Below, piece by piece: positions 12,070 to 24,342 of a stretch of 36,889 nt of DNA (position 1 is its first letter; every line of letters begins with the position of its first letter). Under the pieces are notes generated by a model. That model was given only the letters and a program-made list of their open reading frames with translations. It was not told the DNA's origin and did no database searches. The position numbers and the translations under genes are program-made. This DNA comes from Octopus bimaculoides (Eukaryota). The stretch is taken from positions 13,489,502 to 13,526,390 of the forward strand of contig NC_068993.1 of the NCBI RefSeq assembly GCF_001194135.2. Direction: 5' to 3'.

Positions 12070-12120
12070 TCATATATATATGTGTATATATATAATATGT
12101 ATATTTATGTATGTATATAC
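11624..12120. repeat. TA-derived minisatellite (unit ~taatatatatcatatatatatgtgtatata) containing a gap at 11678-11777
   Basis: Direct reading. Confidence 0.9.
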
Positions 12121-12949
12121 ATATGCGTGTGTGTGTGTCTATGCATACACATTGTCGTTGTATATGACAGCTGAAATTAGAACTAACCGGGTAACTGAAT
12201 TTCGCCAGAGAATATATTTCGTCTTTGGATCGCCAGCTCGTCTTTCCGATTAGCGATATCTGACAACAACCGAAATGATGGAAGGTGTATTGCTTCTGAT
12301 TGTGAAGCTGACTCTCGTGATTCTCTGCAATTACCACCAGTTAAAGTTGATAACCGTCATGTTTGTTTAATGAAAATGAAATAATTACATGGAATAAGCC
12401 CCTAAATAAAGAAATTGTTTCAGAGTACAGTGAGATTTATCAGCCCAAAGCAGAACATTATGCATTCGTTCTAGTCTGTAAGTTCCAAGTTCTTTTTGTT
12501 CAGGAAGAAAGTTTACAAATGATGGTGTCTGACAAGACAATGAAATAGATCAGATGAATTAGTGAGAACACGATATAAAATAATTGAAAAGAACATTTTG
12601 AATAAATACCTAAGGAATACATGAATAAGTCTGTTATTAAACCAGTAAAATATTGAATAATTGGATAAACAATTAAATGAGCAAATGTGATAGCCTTTGC
12701 AGAACAGACACCGAGTCCTTTTGATGGAAAGTGGTCGCAGAAGCAATAAGGTTCACACGTCAAGGATTCACTAAGTGTCATGTAGGGCTGTTTGTATTCG
12801 GGTGCGTGTAAACAGTATGCTTGACATCATGTGGACGGATATAATTTTATGGACGTATGTTCGAGCAAGAGACGAGGCTTACCTCTGCTTACTTAGAAAG
12901 GCTAATTCTCACAGTCAGTATGCATACGTTTATAGCTTGTAAAATTATT

Positions 12950-13154
12950 GCTCTAGTACATTATTTACATTCGACGGATATATGTCCTCATTTTGTTTGT
13001 TGTTAAAACAACGTTTCCACTGATATACCCTCCAGCATTCTTCAGGTGTCTTGGGGAAATTTCAAACCTGGGTTCTCATTCCTAAGGTATTATTATTAAT
13101 ATTATTGTTCAGGTCACTGCTTGGAATCGAACTTGGGGTTAGCAGCCCGCGCTC
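12950..13154 (-). mobile_element. SINE-like family D copy (left arm of inverted pair), 5' truncated
   Basis: Collinear with 35700-35925 and reverse-complementary to 13165-13381. Confidence 0.9.
13005..13050 (-). ncRNA. Minimal type I hammerhead ribozyme-like motif (degenerate copy)
   Basis: Minus strand gacac CTGAAGA atgctg-gagggtatat-cagtg GAAACGTT gtttt. Confidence 0.55.
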
Positions 13155-13409
13155 AAGATTCCGTGTTCGACTCCAAGCAGTGACCTGAACAATAATATTA
13201 ATAATATTAATAATAATAATAATAATAAATAATAATAATAATAATAATACCTTAGGAATGAGAGCCCAGGTTCGAAATTTCCCCAAGAAACCTGAAGGCG
13301 GCTTGAGGATATATCAGCCGAAACGTTGTGTCAACAACAAACAAGACGAGGACAAATATCCATCGAACGTAAATAATGTACATAATTCCTCATCTCTTAA
13401 ATATAGAAC
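13154..13409 (+). mobile_element. SINE-like family D copy (right arm of inverted pair) with expanded (AAT)n
   Basis: B-box-like gttcgactcc at 13165; body and tail match the reverse complement of 35680-35900. Confidence 0.9.
13287..13332 (+). ncRNA. Minimal type I hammerhead ribozyme-like motif (core mutated, CTGAAGG)
   Basis: gaaac CTGAAGG cggct-tgaggatatatc-agcc GAAACGTT gtgtc. Confidence 0.55.
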
Positions 13410-13512
13410 CGTATTGAACTAGTGTTGTACTTTTTTGTGCATGATCGTGTATTTTCTCTATTACGTCACCATATTATATCACTTAATATTGTTAGTTTCC
13501 GACATTCATATC

Positions 13513-13564
<52 letters not shown>

Positions 13565-13570
13565 CGTGCG
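13513..13570. repeat. (TG)n microsatellite
   Basis: Direct reading. Confidence 0.95.
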
Positions 13571-14399
13571 TATTGGGGAATTACGTGCTAGCGTGAAGCC
13601 CTTGCAGTTTTTGTAGGAAAGATTATGCCTTCGCATATGGGGGAACTGCTTTCTAGTATAAACTGGTGTATGCAACCTGGGTTACTCTACATGGAAGAGA
13701 AACTGGTTTAAGATAAATCAGCCCGAAAGAAGGGTTGAATGTACAGAAACAGAGGAAGCGTTAGATATGAATGTGCGTGTGTGATACGGTGAAAGAAGAA
13801 ATGTATAATAGTTTTTCAACTATTAGATCTCGTAAATGCTGCTATTGTAAAGCAACTCGGGTTGTGAACTGAGTGACTGAATTTGAGCAAGAGGGAGCAA
13901 GGTTTGGGGAGAAAGAAAAATGTTATTCAGCTAATGTTTAACAAGGCTACATTGAAATATTTCTCAGACAGATATAGGCTTTAGGGCTTGAACCTTAAAA
14001 TATCTTTGCATAAAAGCATTGTATAAAGGGAAGAAATGAAGATTATCGGCAGAATCAGTATCTTAATTTGTGTATGTGCATGTCTCGATGTTTGTCTTGA
14101 AACGCCGTCAATATTTCTCTCAGAATATCACCCAAACTTTGCGCAGTGATCCAAAATCATCTCGGAAGACGATGAAGATTCAGTCATTTGATCAAATGAA
14201 TTATCCATTCTGAATTGCTGGTTGTGCATTGAGTAGGTCCATGTGCCCTTACCGTAGTTCTCGGGCAGAATGACCGTGACACAGTGTGTAACGAGGCTGT
14301 ACATTTCGAATTACAAGTACAGTCCATGGAACGGGCTGCTAAGCAGTTTTCTTCATTCAGTTTCCCCCAGAAAGGAATAGGTACAGTACAGAAGTTTGT

Positions 14400-15330
14400 T
14401 TAGATTTTCGAATATTGCGTCGAACTGACAGACTACGAGCTTGTGCAGGGTCTTTTGTTTGTTTTGGAGAAGTGAGCTAAGCTTATAAACTTCTTAAACT
14501 ACTGGGCAGTTATTTTGGGCAGAGGTGTGTTCTGGCTCTGAATATCAAGACCAATTATTGCAATGCAGTGTTTACTTTATTTAAGATGATTGTCCACAAT
14601 GAGATATCCAAAGCAATGTTAATATCTAGCATTTGAAGCGACCGTAAGTCATGTACATGAGTTATTTGCGTTTAAGAGGTGGGCAGGATGGACGTGGTGT
14701 TAAGTAATATTTTCTTGATATTTATATTGTTTATTTTATTTCCGTGTTAAAAGAGTCAAGATTGGAATGACACCACCGCAGGAAATTCTTGACGATTCCG
14801 TTCATTGAATAAATGTAAATTTGTTGTAAGATATCTAGATTACATGCAGAGGTCTTTTGCGTACTGTGTAGAAAGTGAAGTGTGAGCGGTGGTATCCATT
14901 GTGCAGGAACAGCGTTTTAGAGGTAACTGCAAGTAAATCGTTCCTGTATAAAAGAAAGAGTATGGGTGACAAAACTGAACACTGAAGCTCATAAGGAAGG
15001 ATTGAGTGGAATGAGAGAGTAGAAAAGGAGAGAGTAGAAAAGGAGAGAGAGAAAGAGGTGGTAAGACAAAAGTTGTTTCAGATTATAACAAGAGAGTGCT
15101 TTTTAGAAGCCGATGATACAAGGGACGGGAGACGGATGAAGTGTATAGATTGGTGGAGTTACCAGGAATTTCGAATGAAAGAGTTTAAAAAACAGTCGGA
15201 AAGTTAGTTATGTTGAGAGCACAATACTGCATTGAGCAAATCTCACTACGACGTGACTGTGAGAGTACATCTCCAGTAGATTTGGTTTTATGAAACTCGT
15301 AGTGTTATCAATAAGGGAGAAGGTTTCAAT
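14400..15330 (-). mobile_element. Heavily decayed CR1/Jockey-type LINE reverse-transcriptase remnant
   Basis: Minus-strand pieces in the expected order: HYEFHKTKSTGDVLS (cf. HQYGFR..RSTGDLL), CALNITNF (cf. ALDISKAF), LQCSVLSPILFLLYRNDLL (cf. PQGSVLSPTLFLLFINDLL), RWCHSNLDSFN; many stops and frameshifts. Confidence 0.72.
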
Positions 15331-17227
15331 CTTTAGTTAGAATAGTTATACGTATGATAATTTTTCTAATTATTCCGACCAAGCATTTGCCATTATCGGC
15401 AATGTTTCCATATTACATTTGCTGCTGCAATTACTATTTTGTAAAGTATTTTACAAACTTCCTTTCTTAAAAACACAGTTTAGGCACATCAGGGCGATGA
15501 TGTATAGATGTGATTTTTGTTGTCACGTAAGCCAACATACATAATAGAAAAGATCATTTAGAGCTTTCACAGCTAGCAGAAGTTCATTATATAACATTCG
15601 AATATCTAGTAAAACTGCAATTTTAAACACAAATAAATCTACGAAATTTTCGTATTTGCTTAAGTCTATCATCGAAAAGGTAAAAAAATCACAACTATTG
15701 GTTAATGCCTATGAAAAAGCATTTCTTTGAAAAAGAATTCTATCCTGCTCTTTCATTTTCGTAGAAGAAAAATAGTGCTTCTGTGCACAAAACCATAAAA
15801 GACGGTTTGCTACTTCTACTTTCGGTTTAGGAATTCTCATGTGGAACCCAAAGATCATTTGCCATTAAGAAACAGCACATTCAATGAAAGGAATTCCAAA
15901 TATTCATCAGCAGGTGGTTTGGAGATGAAACATAAAGACCAGGTTAAAAATAGAAATTTTCATGCAATGGTTTCCATATTCATTATTCCGTTCAGCAATG
16001 AAGCAAAATTGTTAGGAATATAAATATGAATCTGAAATAACGTGGATGATAATGCACCAAGCCATTCCGAGAATCCATTACACCGGAATTCCTCCCGAAA
16101 GAGTTTACGTACGACAAACATCACCCTTTCTCATTCTGTGCACTCATTACAAGGTATAGATACTAATATCAAAGCCTACAAAACTTCGAAATTATGTTGA
16201 CGAAACAGATGACCAACATAATTTCTCCAGGACTTTTTATTATATCATAACTTTGCAGTTTCAGAAATAGTTGCAAAAGCACTCGTGTTCACGGTGATTA
16301 GGATGTACAGCATGCTCCCTTTCAATTACACTGCAAAAACATGTCAGGATAGCTTTCATGTGAGAGACATTGTTTAGTTTGTTTCCAATCTTTTAAAGCT
16401 ATATCATGACTGACAGAATTTGACGATACAGCAACGCTTTTGCAATGGTTCATACTTGCATAGCTTATAAAATCAAGTAAATATTGTGTCCCGTGGGCAT
16501 TGTATAGTATATGAAACTTTCTAAGTGAACAGCGTGTTGTTGAATGTTGAGATAATTTCACGAAAGGGAGACAAGTAACATAAAAACTCAGACCCGCTGA
16601 TGCATTGCCCTTACCAGAAGCAGATAACTCCATTCTGACTATGATGCTGCATTAGAACAAAGCATAGCAGCTTAAACCCCCTTGAAACCCCTTGACATAT
16701 TGTCACATATAATTGATGAATTTCATTGAATTGGAGAACACCAATCTCTGGTTTAATACTCTTGATTAGGGTTGCGTAGCAAAGAACTATGTAATATGTG
16801 TTTTGTTTTTCAATTTCATGCCCTACGAATAATTACTGGAACCACCCGTCCTTATTGTACTTCTGTAAGAGGCTTAACCATCTTTATCTCTTTGAAACTC
16901 CTTGAAAAATGAGTGTTGAAATCATTTGCTTCTTTAATCTTCTTTAACGACTGAATTTCCAGCTGAGGGTGTTACATCACCATAAATCCTAAGTCACTTA
17001 ACATGCCTTTTCTCGCTGGTTGTGACTAGAAGTCCTAATGGTACGCTAAAACCAATTTGATTTGGGCGGCACATTTATTTACTATCTCAGAATGTGTGCA
17101 TACAGCAGCTCCATGTATATAATACCAGGTTACACAAGTAACAAAGAACGTTCCAAATATTTGGCAATATGTAATCCAGTTATTATTTTGCTTAGTTTGA
17201 TGCGGAAAATCGTATATATATATATAT

Positions 17228-17860
17228 NNNNNNNNNNNNNNNNNNNNNNNNNNNNNNNNNNNNNNNNNNNNNNNNNNNNNNNNNNNNNNNNNNNNNNNNN
17301 NNNNNNNNNNNNNNNNNNNNNNNNNNNNNNNNNNNNNNNNNNNNNNNNNNNNNNNNNNNNNNNNNNNNNNNNNNNNNNNNNNNNNNNNNNNNNNNNNNNN
17401 NNNNNNNNNNNNNNNNNNNNNNNNNNNNNNNNNNNNNNNNNNNNNNNNNNNNNNNNNNNNNNNNNNNNNNNNNNNNNNNNNNNNNNNNNNNNNNNNNNNN
17501 NNNNNNNNNNNNNNNNNNNNNNNNNNNNNNNNNNNNNNNNNNNNNNNNNNNNNNNNNNNNNNNNNNNNNNNNNNNNNNNNNNNNNNNNNNNNNNNNNNNN
17601 NNNNNNNNNNNNNNNNNNNNNNNNNNNNNNNNNNNNNNNNNNNNNNNNNNNNNNNNNNNNNNNNNNNNNNNNNNNNNNNNNNNNNNNNNNNNNNNNNNNN
17701 NNNNNNNNNNNNNNNNNNNNNNNNNNNNNNNNNNNNNNNNNNNNNNNNNNNNNNNNNNNNNNNNNNNNNNNNNNNNNNNNNNNNNNNNNNNNNNNNNNNN
17801 NNNNNNNNNNNNNNNNNNNNNNNNNNNNNNNNNNNNNNNNNNNNNNNNNNNNNNNNNNNN
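17228..17860. other. Assembly gap between (TA)n and (TG)n
   Basis: N run. Confidence 0.99.
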
Positions 17861-17944
<84 letters not shown>

Positions 17945-18555
17945 CACAGGAACTCTAAAAGGTACTATTGCTCAATCAAATTGACATTTACAGAAGTTAT
18001 ATATTTTTTAGTTTAATAAAATTGAATGTCAAGTGGTCTACCTCGTTTCAACGATAGATATTCATGTAGTAAAGAAATGATAATGGAGTAAGTGGTACAT
18101 CATTTGGTGAAATACAGAAAGTTGAGGGTATAAATTATTAGGAGGCAAAATGTAAAAGTAAACATGTGGAATATATATATATATATATATTTGGAGACAT
18201 GAAAGGAGTATATGAACTATGGTGCACATATGTTTTATTTTCAAAGTATTTCACCTTTAATGACAATATATATTTTCTGAAACAACCTCCCCTAATCTTG
18301 ATAAAAGAAACGAGGTGATTGATTTACTGGAGGATGCATGCACGACATGTGGAAATCTTTCTAGGCAATTTATACGTTTTGAGTAACAATACTAACTTAA
18401 TATAGTCGGACCCCACTTTTCTACGGATCTTTTGATTTTTTGACGTGCAGCATTAGACTGGTAGTATGTCCCTTGTCAACCGTCCACCGTTTCCTAAAAG
18501 CCAGTGTCAGTGTGAGAGGTTCCCTACAATTTTTTTACGTTATAACGCGACAAGT

Positions 18556-18692
<137 letters not shown>

Positions 18693-18837
18693 TGAGTGAG
18701 CCACTGTTTAACAAGTATTGTAGGTAACAATCCTGTAAATACATTTCTGATTAAATTGCTTTATATAATCTTAAAATTGCAATTTAAATTTAGATAACGT
18801 ATTTGTTCAAGCTGCTGTACACACACACACACACACA

Positions 18838-19064
18838 CGAGGGGTGCTGCAAAGTTCTTGGATTGGGTAACGTTAAACATAGGTGGATCAGTTATGACTT
18901 TATTCATCATATTCCCCTCTCACAGATTCACATACTTATTGCGTCGGTCATTCAGTGTTTCGAAGGCCTGTAAAGAAAAGAAAAAATCTCGCAAGGTTGG
19001 GCTTCCAACCCAACCTTTCAAGACACCCTTAAAGCTAGGAACTTTTCAACACCCCGCCTCCCGT
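18838..19064. mobile_element. Tc1/mariner-type non-autonomous element (MITE)
   Basis: Imperfect terminal inverted repeats (c)gaggggtgctgcaaagttcttgg (18838-18861) and ctaggaacttttcaacacccc..cg (19035-19063); 17 of 21 positions match by eye; followed by TA. Confidence 0.75.
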
Positions 19065-19351
19065 ATGCATAATGAATGCGAACCTTGTCATCAACATGCA
19101 AAGCTACATTTGTGTGGAAAATTTGAAAGCTACCCATTGAGAATTGAAAAATATTCAAGTGGTTATGAGAAATCGAAAACAGATTCGAAAACAGTGTTCA
19201 GCACATCAGTTTGAGCTACACATTTAATAACAGATGCGAGACAGATCATCATGTAAGATGGACATATCCTACACCCACGAAACTAATTTAGAGTCCAGTC
19301 AGAGAGTTGTGTGTGTGTGTGTGGTATTTGGGATTGATATATTTGCATATA

Positions 19352-19731
19352 GTGGAGGCGCAATGGCCCAGCGGTTAGGGCAGCGGACTCGCGGTCATAC
19401 GATCGCGGTTTCGATTCCCAGACCGGGAATTGTGAGTGTTTATTGAGCGAAAACACCTAAAGCTCCATGGGGCTCCGGCAGGGGATGGTGGCGAACCCTG
19501 CTGTACTCTTCCACCACAACTTTCTCTCACTCTTCCTTTTTCTGTTGTGCCTGTAATTCAAAGGGTCAGCCTTGTGACACTGTGTCACGCTGAATATCCC
19601 CGAGAACTACGTTAAGGGTACATGTGTCTGTGGAGTGGTCAGCCACTTGCACGTTAATTTCACGAGCAGACTGTTCTGTTGATTGGATCAACTGGAACCT
19701 TCGACGTCGTAAGCGACGGAGTGCCAACAAC
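19352..19731 (+). mobile_element. SINE family A, full length
   Basis: A-box-like tggcccagcggtt, B-box-like gtttcgattcc, (caa)n tail; target-site duplication ttgcatata at 19343-19351 and 19732-19740. Confidence 0.95.
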
Positions 19732-21070
19732 TTGCATATAATTTTTGTCTCACAGTACGCAAGAAAGACTGTTCCGATTTGTTAATAGCTGGAGCGGCGG
19801 CGGACAAAATGGCTTGTAACATTTTAACAGTATATTATATCCTGGGTCCAAACTCCAACGAAATCAAGTTTTCTTTCCGTCTTTCTAGTATCGACAAAAT
19901 AATGCACTAGTCTAGAACTGACTTCGGTTATATCGATTAGTTCTTCGTTCCAAAATTTATGGTTTTCAGTCTTATGTTAGAATCGAATATAATAAACAAG
20001 TGAGAGTTTATATATTGTGAGTTGAAGTAGGAATATATTAAATAATATTGCCCGAATGAAATCAACATAAATATTTTGTAGATGGGGAAATTGAAATCAA
20101 TATTAGCTTAAATGAAAAAAAAAAAAAAAAAAAAAAAAGAAAAAGATAAATAAATAAAACTTGGGGTATAAATTTTTGTTACCTACGCATAAACCCTATG
20201 ATTTTCTTTTGCAATATGTTGAAGTTTCATTCGTTTGATAAATATATTTTTCTTTCATGCTTTAAACTGAAATTAATATTCACTTCTTATACTTGAGAAT
20301 TGATATTATGTAAGCGGGGAAAACAAAATTATTTTAAAATGCAGTGAGTGGAATGTCTTTTATGTACACAATAAACGTAATCTAGATTTACGTTATTCCT
20401 TTCCATTTTCAAATATATTAAATTCGTCTCTCTTTCCCTCTCTTTCTCTCGTCACATTTATATTGAAATACTAACCAGAAAAACCCGTCATTCTGCAATA
20501 AAATATATAAGCCAACTTATTAACTCCTCGTGGAAATTTATATTTGAGTTTCTGAAGTAGGCTTTTAAAAAAAAAAAAATCATTCCGAAAATGATATGAT
20601 TACTTTTCTCTTATTTAAGAAACCATAAATTGCTTTCAATATGTTAAGACAACAGAAGATAAAGCTAGGAAGCTACATTGGCCAGAAGAATATGTTTCAA
20701 CAAGACTTTATCTGTTCTTATCAATGTAATTTCGTCAATGTCAACAAAAGGAAGGCTTTAACAAAATATTTGTTTTGCTTCAGTGACACTTATTTCCCCA
20801 CTGTTCTTTCTCAGATTGTAGATATATTTTATCTTCACGAGATGAAGCTGGAAAAAATATATAAGTATTTCTAAATAGAAAATATTTTCCTTCTATTCGT
20901 TGTGATTTCCGTTCTAACGACGAACAAAATGCTACACTCATATATGCGCTTACATGCATCTACGCATTCTCATATACATAATCATAGCGTTGCGTATACA
21001 CACAAGTAAATGTATCTCTATACATACTCACAGTTCTATACATAGAGTACACACAGGCATATATATATAC

Positions 21071-21103
<33 letters not shown>

Positions 21104-21235
21104 TATAAGTATATCATTATTTACATTATTTCAAGGAGTATATTTGCTTAGAAACACAACAATGGCGTTCAACAAAGTGACTGCAACTTTTATTCATACC
21201 AAATTGTGTTCTCGGTTCGAATTCTACCTTGAGAG

Positions 21236-21605
21236 TGTAGTAAGAAGCTTGCTTCTCAAACACATGGTTCCAGGTTCAGTCTCATTGCGTGGCATCCTGG
21301 GCGAGTGTCTTCTTCAATAGCCTCGAGTCGACCAAAGCCTTGAGTGGGTTTGGTAGACGGAAACTAAAATAAGCCCGTCATATATGTGGGTGTAAGTTTT
21401 TACGTCTGTGTCGCCCACCACCGCTTGACAATCGGTGTTGGCGTGTTTACGTCCCCGTAAATTAGCGTTTCGCCTAAAAACACCGATAGAATAAGTACTA
21501 CGCTTTAAAAAATGAGTTCTTAGGTCGATTTGTTCGACTAATGGGGCACCGCCTTGAACGCGGTGCCCCATTATGGCCGAAGTCAAATGACAAACAAGGA
21601 AAATG
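21236..21605 (+). mobile_element. SINE family B, near full length
   Basis: Collinear with 6386-6790 and with the split copy at 32536-33240. Confidence 0.88.
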
Positions 21606-21614
21606 TAAAATATA

Positions 21615-21715
21615 GGCGTGTGCGTGGTTAAGAAACATGCTTTGCAAAACACCAAGTTCCAGGTCCAGTCCCACTGCGCAGTTCCCCGAGCAAAATGACT
21701 TCTACCATAGCGTTG
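21615..21715 (+). mobile_element. SINE family B, 5' fragment in tandem
   Basis: ggcgtg.gcgtggttaagaa..gttccagg.ccagtcccactgcg..cttctaccatagc. Confidence 0.7.
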
Positions 21716-23559
21716 GGTTCATTCTATAAATTGTGTGTAATCATTGTAAAGTTGTCGAGAAATAAACACCACACGCAAACGCCATTCAACAACGTATTAA
21801 AGTAACTGGTAAATAGTATCCAGCCACACATGAATAAATCACATACTTCGGCCACGTTGTCTGTGAGAGCATGAACTCTTCGAAATCATATTTCCGATCA
21901 TATAAATCAATTCGAATATTATTTTAGCAAGTTTAGACCTATTTCTTTTGTACCGTAAACCATTTACCATTTCTGTGGTGCTTCCCACATTTCTCTTGAT
22001 GCCTTAAGGACGTGTTTGTTTTGCTTAATAGTTAATCCAGCGCTGCTTCTAAGTAAAATTAGAATGCAGAAACCTTGTAAAAACCATTTGAGTGGATTGC
22101 GTAAGTAATTAAAAATGGGCTGTTTTGGCGCAAATTGTTTTGGCACAATTGTTTGTCGCTGATTTCTCATGAGAATAGTCAGTTTAGGAGGAGTTAGTTC
22201 AGTTGAACGAACGATTGAATACTTAGCCTCTACAGACGTACATTTATCATCGTCTTTACAGTCGTTTAATGGTTACTTCGTGAAGTGAGAAAAACCCGTC
22301 ATGTACATATTGTTATATTTACCTAACTAATGAAATAATTACTCTACAATATATATTTTATTCATAGCCACATAAAGCATAGTGTGTGGGGAAAATATTT
22401 TCTCAAGCAATCATTTCCAAATAGTATTCAGATACTTCTAAAAGATAAACACTGGCCCTGTTGCAATTTAGATTAATTTCAAAGTATTGAAACGTTTCTC
22501 TTGTTGCAATGCTTTATTACTTCAGGTTTGAATAGAAATTATTTATATTTTTATGCTGTTCATTTTAAAGTTTAACTGCAATTAAAGAAGTGTCTAGAAA
22601 GTGAATTAAGCTATATCACCAGGAATAGGAACAGAGTACAATCAAATCAGAATATATGGTCTTCGGTCAAGTACACAATACTAATATAGAGATTAAGAAC
22701 TTTAATTAATTGTGAATAATTAAACTGATAATAGTCGTTGATCCGTTTGGTTTCGAACATTTTGTTTTTAAATCTAGATGTTTAAAACCCATCAAAATAT
22801 TTAATAATTCCACTGGAAAGTGAACAATAACTATCAGTTATTGGCTACTTAAATCTAATAATTTTATTTCAACGGCAGTTCAGCTAAGTTGGGGGTCTGT
22901 ACGTGTTTGCTCGACCTCTGTTAGCAGCAGCATAGAAATTGTCTGCAACATCACACAGTACATCTTAAAAATAGAAGAACGCATTGGACATTATATCTGA
23001 ATAAAGAAGACACATTGGTCATGACTAAACATAGTTCTCCTCGATTAGAACTGACCTCGGGCTGAACAACAACAACTCCATAAACAGTGGGACTAATATC
23101 TAAGATAGAATTTAATGTCTGCAAATTCTTATAAACGTTGCAATCACAGCACTTTATTTCCTATTCATTATAGGTACAATTTGTTTGTATTTTTTTTCTT
23201 TTTGGAATCTACAATGGTGGAATTGCAGAATTCTTTCAAATCTAATGGTCATATAAAATGATCGATTCCTGAAGTGCTTGTTTCTCTGGCATTTAAGAAA
23301 TCGATAACTGCATGACCTTTCGTATTTCCAAGAGAAGAAATAGAAAAAAAATTTACTCTCCTAGAAAGACATGTACCAAAGTTAGAGTATTAGTCAATAC
23401 TATGCAAACAAGTGAACGCATATTGCTGTATTAGGATAACATATGGAATCCTAATAAACGGGTAGTGAACTGCCTTGGTCATAATCTGTCCATAGAGAAT
23501 TTCACAACAAGGGGGGAAAGTAATAAGTTTGAGATTTGTAGAGGTTAAGTATTTGGTTC

Positions 23560-23860
23560 TTACCTTTCGTCTGACAGTAAGAAAACGAAAAGAAGGGTAG
23601 GTAGGCGTGAAAAGAAAACTTTAGCAATGTTACTTGGAATGGTGGTAACTGTATGACCAAAAAATTCACATGGGGAGATTGAGCGGGTGTTGTTGGTGAG
23701 AGAGGGAAAGAAAGTCAGAGAGAAAGTGAGAGGTTTTGTAAGCTGCATAAAAGCCAGATATGTGAAGGGGAGGAAGGAAAGAAATGCTAAAGAATTATGG
23801 AGGGGACGAGAGAACAAGTATGTCATTCGAATGTAAAGAGCAGCAGGAACAGTTCAAGGA
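23560..23860 (-). mobile_element. Possible decayed LINE remnant (region upstream of RT)
   Basis: Purine-rich, higher-GC island; minus-strand NTRSISPCEFF/FW..VTTIPSN weakly recalls the CR1-type N.NSPRDFW...ISNNF motif. Confidence 0.3.
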
Positions 23861-24342
23861 AGGTGACAATAGAGAAACAATTCAGTTTTGGCACATATAA
23901 TACAAATATTCATAAATGTAGGCACAAGTAAATCAACGCGCAGAAATAGATTTGACTATTTTGTTTTAGTTATAAATGATATAAATAACTTAGAATGAAT
24001 AAAAGAGAGAAGAAAAAGAACGAAATGGTTTTCGTTTAGTAGCATAAACAATTAGCAAGTTTGTTTGCTACGCTGTGCTGTGGAAGCATTTATAGAATTG
24101 ATTTATTTCTTGCAGGTTGTTCATGAACACGAGTAATGGTAATTAATCACCGAAAATTATTAATCCTCTTAATTAGGTAATATGAAATTTTATTTAAATC
24201 CAATCGGGAGTTATTTCGAAAACATGCAAACTTAGATCTTAGAATATGTAATCATAAAAAACCCCAAAAAAAACAAACCTCCAATTCCTTAAAATTCCTG
24301 ACCTTATATCAATATTTGAAACCTTCATTATCATTATTATTC

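Noticed and set aside
11918-12337. YI/HT/CV/ER/LS-repeat ORFs here and at 18466-18744, 28124-28856, 33981-34905, 36051-36493
   Set aside because: Translations of microsatellites; no coding evidence.
12180-12780. Several 55-95-codon open frames on both strands
   Set aside because: No recognisable motif or consistent splice signals; lengths are within chance range.
15840-17060. Unique-looking region with 60-aa and 103-aa ORFs and a faint MULE-like QLYVTI…LLCFVLM string on the minus strand
   Set aside because: No catalytic motif, TIR or consistent frame could be established by eye; too weak to call.
19352-19430. tRNA-like sequences at SINE heads (families A-D)
   Set aside because: A/B-box-like motifs run straight into repeat bodies with tails or target-site duplications; no complete cloverleaf, so not called as tRNA genes.
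23563-23575. Strong minus-strand donor aag|gtaag with an adjacent acceptor (7-bp micro-exon)
   Set aside because: Isolated signal at the edge of a probable LINE remnant; no supporting exon chain.
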